Part shown: positions 1-13,200 of the stretch, piece by piece
How positions within the stretch are numbered: the first letter of the stretch is position 1
Layout of the letters: each line of letters opens with the position of its first letter
DNA from: Callorhinchus milii
Lineage: Eukaryota
DNA: 64,000 bases
Direction: 5' to 3'
Assembly (NCBI RefSeq): GCF_018977255.1
Contig: NW_024704743.1
Coordinates: 29,452,001-29,516,000, forward strand
Notes under the pieces: model-generated
What the model was told of the DNA's origin: nothing
What the model saw: the letters and a program-made list of their open reading frames with translations, nothing else
Databases searched by the model: none
Translations under genes and position numbers: made by a program

Positions 1-135
1 GACACTGCTGTGCGCATTTGGCTGCCGTGTTTCGCCCACAAAATATACAGTCAATTCACTTATATTCTGTGAAGTGCTTTGCGACGTCTCAAAGACATGG
101 TAAGGTGCTATTTCAAACGCAAGGATTATTATTAT
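1..135 (+). mobile_element. 3' part of the young SINE family
   Basis: GCTGTGCGCATTTGGCTGCCG...GTGAAGTGCTTTGCGACGTCTC...AAGGATTATTATT. Confidence 0.85.
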
Positions 136-169
136 TCTCAGCAGTTTTAATAAACAGTAATTCTATCAA

Positions 170-572
170 CTTGAAGAGCATGGTTGTGAGTTCAAGCCCC
201 ATGTCAGGACTTTGAACTCTCAGTCTAGGTTGACACTCTAATACAGTGCTGAGGGGGTGTTGAATTGTTGGAGATGTTGACCTTTGTATTAATGTTAAAC
301 TGAGGTGCCATCTGCCTGTTCAGGTGGATGTTTAAGATCCCATGGCACTATTCAAAAAAATAAGAGTTTCTCCTGGTTTCCAACAATCCCCCAGATAAAA
401 TTGGTTATTCACTTCATGGCTGTTTAAGGGATATTGTTTTGTGCAACACATTGACACTTTTAGCTACAAAATACAATCATTATACTTTAGAGTAAAATCC
501 TGTGAAGCACTTTGAGACATCGTCCTGATGTGAAAGGCGCTATATCAAATGCAAGAATTTATAATTATTATT
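170..572 (+). mobile_element. Older Deu-domain SINE (DeuSINE / SacSINE1-like)
   Basis: B-box remnant GAGTTCAAGCCCC, then the Deu-like core TGTTAAACTGAGGTGCCATCTGCCTGTTCAGGTGGATGTTTAAGATCCCATGGCACTATT, then an L2-type tail. Confidence 0.8.
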
Positions 573-671
573 TTCCAGTGCCACTGGAAGCTTTTGCATA
601 GTGAGGCTAGTGTCTTCAAACCAAAAACACATTAATTTCTTCACTAAATTAAAGCAGAGTCAAAATGAGTT

Positions 672-896
672 AGGCCTGAAATTCTACCTAATCTTAATCC
701 CTGTAAGGCCTGTCCTAATATTTCCAGTTATTCAGAAATGTGGAACCTTCTTAAATTCAGTTTTAATTTTGAGCCAATTTATTTATCAGTTTTTAAAACA
801 AACCAGCTACTAAACTGAGACTGAATTCAAGATTTTTCCCCAATTTTATGTGATGTTAAGTTAAGACAGGCTACGTCTAGATGGAATTCTGGACCT
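672..896. mobile_element. Degenerate palindromic MITE-like element
   Basis: Ends are imperfect inverted repeats (AGGCCTGAAATTCTACCTA / TAGATGGAATTCTGGACCT), with an inner pair TCTTAAATTCAGTTTTAATTT / AAACTGAGACTGAATTCAAGA. Confidence 0.55.
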
Positions 897-1688
897 CTGG
901 CATGTGTAGGACACACTACTTGAATTGTCTGCATAAAGTACATGCCCAAACCATACCTATATTAAATGCAAGGATTATTATATTACACATGCATATTAAT
1001 TCATCTGTATTTACCTTTGGAAAAACTACATATTTCAAAATCCAAATGATTTGGGCATGAATAGACATCATCTTGAATATTTTGACTTGGGGCCAAATTT
1101 CATATCTGTGGTATTGTATTTTGCCCGTTTTGCTTTCCAACCGCAAACTTGTGGGGAAAAAAAACATAGCGGTCTCAGAATTTCACAGTAATCAAAACAG
1201 CAAATGATTTCTCCACAAAGTTGCAGTGATGTGTTATGTTCCTTAATCCTTAGTGGAAACATAATCACAGATCAACATGGAGCTCAATGACAGCAGATAT
1301 TATACCAACAGCAGCTGTCAGCATAAAAAGGAACAAAGCCAAACCATACATTGTAGCCTACATTATTAAAGATAACAAATACCAGGACCCATGGAGTTGC
1401 TTCAGCATAATAAGTCTCAGGTGTATCTCATTCTCGCAGATAGACACAGTGCAACCCGATTATACCATTTATAAATAATAATCCTTATAATGCTTGCATT
1501 TGATATAGCGCTTTTTACGTCTTCTCGACGTCTCAAAGTGCTTCACAGAATATACTGTAAAGTGAATTGACTGTATATTTGGTGGGCGAAATATATTGTA
1601 GTATAACCACCACCCCCAAAATTGATCACTCACTCCATAGCTGTTTCTGGGACAATGCTGTGCATGACTGGCTGCCACATGTCATCCA

Positions 1689-1732
1689 CATATACATATA
1701 TATATATATGTATATAAACATATATATATGTA
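1689..1732. repeat. (TA)n-type microsatellite
   Basis: CATATACATATATATATATATGTATATAAACATATATATATGTA. Confidence 0.85.
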
Positions 1733-3224
1733 TCCTTCAGGGTTCCTATATATCCCTTTTGTATTTAATTATATGGACCTACATTATATGGAAGTGCAGT
1801 AAATCTCTGCCTTCTGGTGCAGACCCACCGATTTCCTGGGCAGACTGGCTGGTTTCCTGAGAAACCAAAACCCCACCAGATAAAATGAGTCATTCACCCC
1901 AAGGCTATTTGTGGGATGCTGCTGTGTGGTAATTAGCTACCCTATTCCCCTTCAAACAGCCAATACACTTTATATTATATCCTGTGAAGCGCTTTCAAAC
2001 GTCCTCCCAAGTTAAAGGAGTTATACCAAGTGCTCCGAGATGCTAACCCACATGAAAATTGTTGGTGTACCAAATGCGAGGATTATTATTATATTATTAT
2101 TATTACAGTATGAAACCGTTTCCTCATAGTGCTATCCTTGACTTTCTGAAGGGGGTTTGGATGTGTCCCCTGCACAGCTGTGGAGTCGTGGTTGAATGCC
2201 CCCCCGCCCCCAACCCCAATTCACATTCCACACGCACATTCATATCAAGATCCACCTTCTAATGTGAGACTAATTTGTCAATATACAGTCACTGCACTTT
2301 ACAGTTGATCCCAGTGAAGCACTTTGGGATGTCCCCCTAACGAAAAAGACGCTATACCAAACGTAAGGATAATTTATTTATCCACTAAATTGCAACTGTA
2401 CATCACTACTCACACAGCACCATTAACACCACTTTCTGATTGCTGGGCTTCTTTTTGCTCAATTCATCACTGTTGTTCTGATTTCTGCCCAAAACTCAAG
2501 CGGTTATAGAACATTGTTTTTCTTGTATTTTGTTGAAACAGATCGCTAATGCTTTTGATACAGAATAAAACTCTGAGAACACACTCTGCAGTTCAGTGGG
2601 TGGACCTGGATACAGTTGAAACCAAAAACACAGGCTCTTTTTGTTAATTTTTCTAAAAGGAAATATTAATTGTGAAACAAAAATAATAAAAAAAAGGATA
2701 ATAATCAAATGTAGAGCACATGTTAAAGCTTCAACCTTACAAAGGGTCTTTCCACGCGTTGTATTGATTGGCAAAGATTTAAACCAGCAGCTGAAAGTCC
2801 TTCAGCAAGTCATGAGAATCTTTATCAGATCCCTGCCATTAAGTCCAAAAAAGGTTGGGGTCCATGCAAGTGAGTTACTGCGCATAGTCAGCAAACACAG
2901 TTCAGTCAGAATGTGTAGTTCTCTCCTGGAAAACAGAACTTTCTGTAAAAAAAAGGAAAGAATGCAACCCTACAAGCATTTCCTTTTACACGGTAGACTA
3001 AACAAATGACTTGGCTGAATGAAAGACTGTAAATTAGCAGAGCTGTGTCCATCCTGACGTACATGGAACAGAGTTTAGATAATGAAAATAAGTGTTGTTA
3101 ATGGCAATGAAACAGTTTACAATATCTTTCACCTTATTTCAGACTGAAGTCACAGGGTACTCTCTGTGCCATTAATTAACCTGTAGGATCAATTTGTTTT
3201 ATCTTGGTTCTTCTTCTGTCAAGT

Positions 3225-3545
3225 AAAAATAAAAATAATCCTTGCATCCAACATAGCGCCTTTCACTTCGGGATGATGTCTCCCAGCACTATTGTAAAGT
3301 GGATTTGTAGGCAAACAAAGCAGCCCCCAAACAGCTGTGAAGTGAATGATCAACTTTACCAGAGGGATTTTTGGCCATGGCACTGGGAGAAACTCCGTTT
3401 TCAAAAAGCACCATTGGATCTTTAACGTCCACCTGGAGACCACAGTTTAACACCTCATCCAAACCACCAGCAAAGCAGTGCCCACAGCACCCCCCCACAC
3501 TCCCCAGCCCCAGCACTGCGTTAGTGTCAGCCTAGCTGTGTGAAT
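3225..3545 (-). mobile_element. Deu-domain SINE remnant
   Basis: Reverse complement of the Deu core (GGATCTTTAACGTCCACCTG...GTTTAACACCTCATCC) plus tail. Confidence 0.75.
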
Positions 3546-6160
3546 TCATATTGATACAACATTCAGGAGATACAATTTCAGTGGAGATCTCAGAACTCTG
3601 GAGGGCATCAAGTCAACCCTTTTTGAAATTCAAATAAATTTTAAATAAATAGCTTTTTAAAAAAATAATACAAATTTACATTTATATAACGCCTTTTACA
3701 AAGGTAGGACATCTCAGTAAATAACAGGCCTAAGCCTGTTCAGACACTCCAGACCCGGCAAAGAATTAGCATCAACACAGTCACTTCGGTCAGTGAGAGA
3801 GTTAACTGCTACCAACTCGGTAGGAATTGCAGCAATGATTCTCAGCGACCAACACAAAAAGGGAATAACCAAACTTCAAATTCGTCCTGAGGATTTCCGC
3901 AAAATAACTGGAGGGAAGTAAGCAAGTCTATTTCATATCTTTAATAAAATTAATCTTCAACAACAACAAAATCACAGGCACCATCTGCTGTTAGGACTAA
4001 AACACCCAAATGAATCCTCTGATTTTTAAAGCAAATTCTAACTTGACATCATTTGCTTCACACAACAGCAGGCAGTGTCTCTTCCGTAACGTTAGGAGGT
4101 GGCAAAAAAAACTCAAACGAAGCTTCAAAAGCATTCGCTTCCAACTTGGATTTTCTGGTGAGATGTGGGCATGGTGGAGGTGGGGGAAATGGACATTTCC
4201 ACTCTTGAAACTATGTTGTGTTTTGGAACAGATTTAAAGGGCTTTACTGGAACCATGTGTTCCCACCTCATAATCTACAGGCTGCTCCCAAATCACAGGC
4301 TAAACCTATCCCAGGGGGGCTAGTAGAAACAAACAGCTACAACAAAAAATGTAAATGAATAAAATAAACACATACTGAAAAGGCACTGAACTGTGACAGT
4401 CTAACTTTAGCTTCTGAACACCCTCTGAGTCGACCCTGCACAAATTCCCCAGATCAGCACGAATATAAACACCAAGTCTATCACATTCAATGCAACCAAA
4501 TAAAATTTCATTTTAAGATAACACTAATATAATCAAACAAGCAGGATTGACGATACAATGCTTGGTCACTTTTTTCTTCCGTTTCACTGTAATGCAGCAA
4601 GTCTTATGTTATGCACTCAGCAACGTTCCATTTAATTGCACGACAGCTAGTGGCAATGTTCATAATATGTTGACAGCTCTCAGTTTCACAAATACAAACA
4701 GTTAGATAGGCAATGCCATTGGAATCAAGGTACCTTTTATGGCAATTTTGCAGCATCTGGGTGCATGCCAAATCACATACGTCAAGATATATCTGTATTA
4801 TTTGTTAATAAATGAAGGTTACAGAATAAAAATGAAAACTAATTAACAAAACTTGAACTGCAGTGGTTTGAACACTTCTTCATGGTATAATATTTGACAG
4901 CTTTCTAAGAGCATGTGCCTGTAGACCAGCCAACACTGCGGTCGCAAAGTGCTCTGAACACGTTATTGTCTGAAGTAGCTGAGAAACATCAATGGAACTA
5001 ACTCACATGGAGAAAATTGCTGTAAACATGTCTTTTTAAATATCCCACCGGCAGATACCGTACTGATAAAGTCTGCTTCAATAGATTTGGAAAATGCAGA
5101 TGGGGTAATAGATACCAATTGCTTTAACAAACATCTTCCATTTACAGACTATATTTACCGTACTATTTACCATCTACGGTTTCAGAATGTTAACGCCAAT
5201 CGTCTTAAAAAATTGAGATACAATAACCAAACATGTTTGGGGAGGGGAAAAGGGGGGGAAAGGGGAGTGAGAGGAGCCACAACAAATGTGCAGACGTGCA
5301 AACGTGTTTTCACCAGAACAATTTGTTGCAATGCAATTTGTGTCACTAAATGGTAAATTTAAAAATACAGAAAAAAGTTTGCCAAATGCTTTTTTTCTTG
5401 AAATATGTCCTTTTGACCCTTACTCTTCCTTCCCAGACAAGAGCTCTATTCAATCAGCACCACAAAAGAAAAAAAATGCTTAAAACAGTATTTTACCATT
5501 CACAGTGCACTCCTTTTCTATTAGATCAGAATAATATTAACTTTCTTTCTCTATTTCTGACTTTTGGAATACATTTCCAATAGCGAGCACTGATGACATA
5601 ACATGGAAGTGACTTTGAGGAGTTAAAGGCTATATGGGGTTGGGGGTGGTGGAAGAACTGCAATAACACAGAACATCAGATGAAATTATTGATGATCCAT
5701 AGGCTAATTACGGTGTTGCTCACTTTCAATATCAGACTCAGAAAACCTTCCAAACAGGATATCCTCTTACTGTTTGAACTTTTTTGCTAAAATTGTCAAA
5801 AATAAGAATTCTATTATTAATTAGCTCGTAATTGTCAGAATATATTGTGAAAGAATGAAAAACCTTGCTCATTAAAGTTATAATTACACCTTTTTTAAAA
5901 AAAACTGTACAATTCAACATTATTTCCCATTCCCCAACAAAGGTCTATTTTGAAGTTGTGAGCTGAAGTTTCAGTGTGTAAAACAGGCACTCACCATCTG
6001 TTTACACCGTGTCTGTAACAATGCTGCTAAATGTAAAGGTGAATCACTAGCCCACTTGTGTGTCTGAGTGCCCCGTGAAAACTACTGGACCAGTGATGTA
6101 ACCAAAATGCATCACCTTCTAAGATTGACAGCCAGCCCTACAGACCCAGCATTAGCAATT

Positions 6161-6489
6161 ATAATAATAATAATAATAATAATAATCCTTCCATTTGATA
6201 TAGCACTTTTCACGTCGGGAGGACGTCCCAAAGCGCTTCACAGAACACACTGTAAAGTGAATTGACTGTATATTTGTGGGCGAACGCGGCAGCCAATTGC
6301 GCACAGCAATGTCCCACAAACAGTCGTAGATTGAAAATGACCAATTTATTATTGTTTTTGTTTTTTTTGAGGGATTATTATTAGGCGTGTGGAGTAAGGA
6401 AACTTGCCCAAGGTTTCGCCCTGCCTGGAATTGAACTCAGGTCTCTCGCTTGCAAAGCGAGTGCTCTAACCACTGAGCTACAGGACTCC
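6161..6489 (-). mobile_element. Young full-length tRNA-Ala(TGC)-headed SINE with L2-type tail
   Basis: The minus-strand head GGAGTCCTGTAGCTCAGTGGTTAGAGCACTCGCTTTGCAAGCGAGAGACCTGAGTTCAATTCC carries an A box, a TGC anticodon loop and a B box. It has a (TTA)n tail and is nearly identical to 42211-42529. Confidence 0.93.
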
Positions 6490-9301
6490 TTCTTAAAAAG
6501 AATTAAAACCTGCTGTAACTTCAGATACAGAAGATTTTTTTTTAAACCTTCCCCAGTGCAGAATGCTGTGGGAATGGTTGGTTATATTGCTTTCATATCA
6601 CCAACTGTGTAGTGCACTCCAGCTGTTAAACTGATTCTCACAGTCCAGGTAATAGATACATATAGGTACTTAAATGAATAAAGAAGGTACTGGGATTAAC
6701 TATGTCCTTCAATGCACCTGACCTGTGCTAAATGATGCAAGACTAAGAATTTATTTTATGATTAAATGAATAAATAATATTTATCTAATAAAAAAAATCC
6801 AGTTAACCGGCTCTTCACAAAATTAAACCAGGTTCCAACACACATGCTGTAACTTACACTGACTAAAAGATTTTATACTTACAGTTGTAATGAATACATT
6901 TGTTTATTGCTATGAAATGTAAAGTAGGAAATACAGTGCAGTACTGTACTCAATTATTTACCCAGTGTAAATACTGAACAGTATTTCCTTATGTCAATTC
7001 AGTTTAATATTTTTAAAACACATACATACTTTTAGAAATTTTATTTATACACATCAGTTCAACTGGCTAGAGATATTTTAATAGCTGTATAAAATCACAA
7101 TGATGTTGATTTTAACTTCATTTCGGAAAAATTGTGTATATTTTGCTTGATTGCTTAAAATCGTCAGGAGGAGTTCCCAAGGCGCTATATCCTTTGTTCC
7201 TAATCCATCTCAATGTAAGACTATTTCTGCATAGTTTTGCTTAGATGTTTAGCATTTATGATATTACCAGCAATATTGGCAAGAAAGCATTATTTTGAGT
7301 TCAACAGCCTAAACACAATGAATTTACACAAGAGGAACAGAACAGTAAAGTTCACTTTACGCTGCTGTCAGTTGAGATTTCGAACAGTTAGCTCAGAAGC
7401 TCCTCCAAACCAGAAGTCACTGTTTAAATGAAACATATCACTCCTCTTTCTTCCCCCGTCCCAACCTCCCGACGCCCACCCCCAAAAAAATAAGAAGCTG
7501 AACAAACAACAGAAAAAAATAAGCCAAACAAAGAAAAGGATGCAAATCACAATTCTCAGTAATAGTTTAATTAAAAAAACAGTAGTAAAGGTGGGTAAAA
7601 CATACTTTTTAAGATTTGTTACAGAATTCTTACTTTGGTAAAATTTCAAAAGCCCCCTGCGAGTTAAACTCTACTGAAAATTAATACACCATTACGGAAG
7701 CTAAAGTCATGAGGAAAGAAGACAACAAAACACCATTCATGTGCAAAGCTCATTACGTTCAATCATGCACCTAAAGTACAATTAGAATTCAATTCCACTG
7801 GAATTGCTCACTCCAAAGTAAAATGCACTAACAAAATTAAAACAAAATCTTTATTTAAAAATATAACACATCTGGCATGAGACAGGCTACCACAACTCTC
7901 ACACAGCATATGTTTCTAAGTTTTGTTTACTTGAATAAAATCAGGCTTCTGTTAAGAATTTATTAAACTCTAATATAAAGCAGTTCAAATTTTTGAATTT
8001 TTTTTAAATAACATTCAGTTAACTTGTAAAAACTAAATTGGGCCATAAAATGTGCAAATGCACCATTAGGATTTCATGTGAAATTCTTAAAACCTAATAA
8101 AGTAATGAATGTGCAGTTTAGTCCAACACAAGGGCATCACTTTTTGTACGAAACCACTTTTTACTTGAGATAAATGTGGGGACTCAAACTGCAGTTTATA
8201 TTGACAGAATTGTTGGTTTATATTCAATGAACAAAATAGTCTATGAAGAAGATGTAAAAAAAACCAAATTAATTTTAAAATGGAGCAATAAATTAGCTTT
8301 TACAAATTAATGTGACAATCTGGTTTCCTTTAGAATAAAAATAATCTTTGCATTGCACTTATTTTGAAAGAAAACACTTAAGAATTTTGAAGTTAAAACG
8401 TGCATACAAATTATTTTTTCATTAAAATAAAACAAAATTCAATCTATTAGTGCAAGCAAACTATTGATCTGTAAATATTTTAAACAAATGGAACAGGAGC
8501 AAAAACTCACATCGACCTTAAACATCTTTCAGAAACTCCTGGTCTGATTCTCAAACTGTTTATTACTCTTGTGCAGAGGTTTCCTGTGAAACTTAGTTCT
8601 GTGGTGATATTCTTTAAATGCAGTTTCAGGTTTTGCTTGGAGTTCTTTGTAAATTAGCCCACTGTTACGGAAAAAAATTATTTGTGTTGCCACAAAACGT
8701 CAGATCACTTCATGACAAGTATATTCCTTACTTTCAAACAGATCAAACTATAAATCATGGTTTTGTGACCTCCGCCCACGAAAATCCAGAGACTTAATTT
8801 CATTATTTGAGTTTGAGAATCTAATCTCATTGACGGCATTTTTCTAAAGGAAATAGAACACATTAAACTCTGCTCGAATTTTCAAAACCAAGAAGCGTCT
8901 GTCACGTGTGGATCTATAGCTGTTTTGCTAGAATGAAGCCTGTAATTTTGAATCTCTGGCATCATACTACAGTTGAGCTTAATTACAAACTTCTAGCTCA
9001 CCTGTCTAGTCTACTCATTATGAAATGATGCAGAGAATTATTTAAAAAAGCAGATGCTCAGGGATTGATTACGGAGGCTTTTTATCAATTTTTGGGCATG
9101 TATCTGCACAAACAAGGCAGCCCACATATCGGCTTAATATCAACTTGGGACCGTGTGCACCGACAGAGTTCATTCCTCAACCCAGCGAGTGTTTTAAGTT
9201 CATGTTCTAAACTATTAGCATGGCACCAAAAAATAAGCTTCATATTATGAAATGTTCAGATGGTTACATTTTTTTCTCTAAAGAAATATACAAATGACAA
9301 A

Positions 9302-10249
9302 ATGTTTAACTAGACTACAGCAACTCCAGGCATTCTGTGTAACGTACCAGAAATATTTCGCTACAGCATTTTGCTTCGATGCACTGCCACCTTTCCTCTT
9401 GTTGGTTCCAAGAATGATTTATTGCAAACTCTTGAAAGGAATGGGCTCGAGTTGGGCAGGAACAGTGGGCACATGTTTGAAGTGGCCTTTTCCACACCGT
9501 TTTTACACAGACTGATAGACTACTGTGCATACATCAGTCTCGCCACTGAAATTCTCAATGCAAAAATAACATCCACACAAAAATCTGGAGGAAAGAGTTA
9601 ATTAGAGAGACTGTAATTTAAACGAGTCACAATTTGACTAATTTATGTCTAACAATATCAAACATCATGTTCTCAGGCCAAAGCACTTACAATGTGCAGT
9701 TTTGCTGAAAATATTTAAACTAGTCACAATTTGACTAATTTATATCTAACAATATCAAATGTCATGTTCTTGGGCCAAAGCACTTACAACATGCAATTTT
9801 TTGCTGAAAGCATGGGAACATTACATTAGATAAAGTGTCTAGTACCAGATTTAATTATGGCTGTAATATTGTGTACTTATGCAGTAGGATAGCTTCAAGC
9901 GATTATCCATAAAGATTTCCGTACTCTCTTAAAAATATCTATACTTACGTCAGAATCTACCAGGTGACAATATTACCTTGACTGCATCACTTGCATGTGA
10001 GTGCACACATTTAGCTACATTAAATCTTATTTATTTTAAAACAAAGTTTGTATCTTACGGAAAAATATGAACAAACCTTTTCGTTCAGGATCAGAAAAGC
10101 ACTAAGAGAAATTGCTTCGCCAAGTTTAACACACATATGGACAAAACGCATTTGTATTATATCACTCTTGGAGCCAACAAAAGAAAAGATGGCAGTGCAT
10201 CAAAGCAAAATGCTGTAGTGAAGTATTTCTGGAGTTGCCAGTTAAACAT
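9302..10249. repeat. Inverted repeat: arms about 9302-9428 and 10151-10249
   Basis: CCAGAAATATTTCGCTACAGCATTTTGCTTCGATGCACTGCCA (9347) is the near reverse complement of TGGCAGTGCATCAAAGCAAAATGCTGTAGTGAAGTATTTCTGG (10190-10232). Confidence 0.9.
9616..9809. repeat. Tandem duplication, 97-bp period, 2 copies
   Basis: ATTTAAAC-AGTCACAATTTGACTAATTTAT-TCTAACAATATCAAA...GGCCAAAGCACTTACAA starts at 9616 and again at 9713. Confidence 0.93.
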
Positions 10250-13200
10250 AACAATGGCCACACCTGATGCACAGATCAATCCACTTTTGAATAAACTGGT
10301 AAAAGCCAATTGCTAGCTGAATGCTTCCATGTTGTAAGCATATTCATATCAAGTCCCAATTTGTTCCAGTCTCAGTCAATCTCAATATGTACATTTTGGC
10401 TGAAGGCAAATCTGGTTATAGGTTGACTTTTCTTCACAGCTGGTCTGCACTGTGTACCTGGAATCCACATTTGCCTACAAAATACACAGTCACTAGACTT
10501 TACAGTATATACCATGAAGCGCTTTAAGATGTTCTCCTGAAGTGAGAAGTGCTCTACCAAATACAAGGCTTAACATTATTCTTATTATTCATCCAATCTA
10601 TTTTCCAAATACATGACTTACTTTTAACTCTGGTGATACGATTTATGAATTTCTTTTTCCACTGCAAACGTCTGAACTATATTTTTATAATTTTAGTGCA
10701 GATCGATACCTTTTTTTAAAAAAAGCATTGTAAACATCAGAATTTATTTTAAAAAAGGAAAAATTGGCCAATTCCTGTTTTGCTTCAAATTTCAAACAAT
10801 TTCTCAGTCCACAAGAATATCTGTATTATAGCTAAATAATGTGTCAATGGACTGAAATTTGAGGTTAGTCTATTGTTTTATTCAAAGTAGCTCCTCACCG
10901 AAGGAAACCAACTCTCTAAATATCATTGCTTTTGGCTATGTATCAAATGTTGTGTCAATCCTTACCATTGTGCTCAGTGACACATTATGATCCTCCACTA
11001 ACAGTCAACATCAGATTCAAAAATTCACCTTCATCTATAGCTACATTTGATCTGCAACACAGAAAATAAACTTAAATGCTGGATTCTATCCAAGTAGTGA
11101 CAACAAAAAAACTGTACTGCAATTCAGTTGAACTAAACAGTTGCTCACAAAGCAAAATGCATATCCTTTAGATACATGAATAGGTTAATGAAACCACCTG
11201 TGAAAAAACATAATTTCACTTTAATACCACAAACAGCGTTCAATAACATGATACATGATTTCCAAGTAGCCACTTTGAACAGTTAGACCCATGCTCTGAA
11301 TCAGCAGTTCATAATAATAATCCTTGCATTTGATATAGTGCCTTATCACTTCTTCACAGAGTATACTGTGGGCGAAATGCAGCAGACAATTACAAAACAG
11401 CCAAATATACAGACTGAAAACCAGTTCTGCTCTTTCGTCGTTACAATGGAGAGGACAGAGAGCAGCGTTTCTGAAAAGTTGGCAAATTTGTGCGAGACAG
11501 GCTGAACATGCCTCCCTGATTCATGGGCTGATATTTTCATTTTAATCTTGCTTGACTGAAAACGTACGCACACTGGCCAAACCATACCGTAATCTGAGGC
11601 AGCCCAGCATTTTCAGTAACAGAACGTTCCACAACTATTTCCTATAAATAGTTTATCTTGCCAATTTGTCTTGGAATAAAAAGGAGATTTTCTGCTGTTA
11701 AGCTCAATTATAAACTACCATCATATCTCCAGCTGAATACTTTGCCATACCTTGGGGATAGGAGGGTGTGTGCCTGCAACCGAAGAAACAAAAATACAGA
11801 TATATTTCCGCACAGAAAGATGCAACTTGTTCTATTATGTCTGTTCCTTTGCACATAAAATACAGCCCAAGCACAGGATTCACACCGCTCAACCTCTGGG
11901 TGCACACAGCCCAAACACAGGGTCAACCCAGGCCAAATCCAGGGTTAAAACAGGCCAAACCAGCCCAAATCAGGATGAGGGTCATCACAGCCTCACATCA
12001 GGGTCAGCATAATGCTGCAGAAGTTCTCTGAGATGCTACCCCATGTGAAGTGTGCTATATAAATGCAAGTTGCTGTTGTTGCAGAATTGCAAGTGTTCTC
12101 TTTATTCCATTTCACCTTCAAGTTATCAGTCCAGGCTGTCCGGCCTATCCCATTTGCTGCCAGGATTAGCCCATATTGAGGATGAAATTGATGTAGACTA
12201 ACACAGCAGCATCTGCATACAAATACTGTACAGCACACGTACAGTGGGCAAAGATTCTCAACACAGTGTGGCACACTGCCGCCATCTGTCTATTCAATAG
12301 AGAAACTGCAATGGAAACTCACCATTCAGGGCAATCAATAGAATGGCCCAATTTGCCCTCATTTGTGAGACTGGGATTTTGGTCACCATTAGTTTTAAAA
12401 GGGAAAATAAACCTACACAGACCATGGAAAAGTGACCTGAACAATATGTTGCCCTCATTACTTAGGTGTCCATAAATTGAGTTTTGAACTCAACTGTACT
12501 ACAATTCTGTGACAATATTGAACCCACCAAATACTTACATTTGATACAGCGCCTTTCATGTCGGGAGGACATCTCCAAGCGCTTTGCAAGATATACTTTA
12601 AAGTGCAGTGACTGTGTCTTTTTAAGGTGAAAAATACCAGTTATATGTATGTGAAAAAAAGCATGTTTTTAGTCTTAAGATTAACTGTTTGTCGGTTTCT
12701 TCACAAATGTTTTACAATGCTGCCCAGTCTCTCTGAAACATTACTTAATTTAAATGCTGATAAGTCCACACTTTCTTTGAGATTGCTTCCTCGAGACTAG
12801 TCTAGAAGACTGTTATTCCAGTCCGTGCTCAAACCATGCCTAGACAAATGGAATGAAAACCTCCCACTGTCAATGACATGTAACAGTACTAAATAGGTCT
12901 GGCCAATCTCATTCCAGTTCCTAAGGACATGAGTCTATACCAGAAAAATGCCCTCAATATTCAGCAGTGAACAAGTCAGTGAAGACATGTTGAGGTTCTA
13001 AAAAGGACTGTGTGGGAAATGGGATGACGGGAGAGCGTGTGAGGAAAAGAGGGGTTGGGTTTTCTGTTGCATTAAACCATAACTGACACTGTAAGTGTTT
13101 GATGCGATTATTGACTACAGGTCTTCTTTCCTTTAACCCTCACCCACACATATACTCACCCACATACATACGCACCCATGAACATACAAATGGATGTGTC

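Noticed and set aside
6418..6489. tRNA-Ala gene (also 42455-42529 and 43040-43110)
   Set aside because: The acceptor stem is not intact and each copy runs into a SINE body and (TTA)n tail. These are SINE heads.
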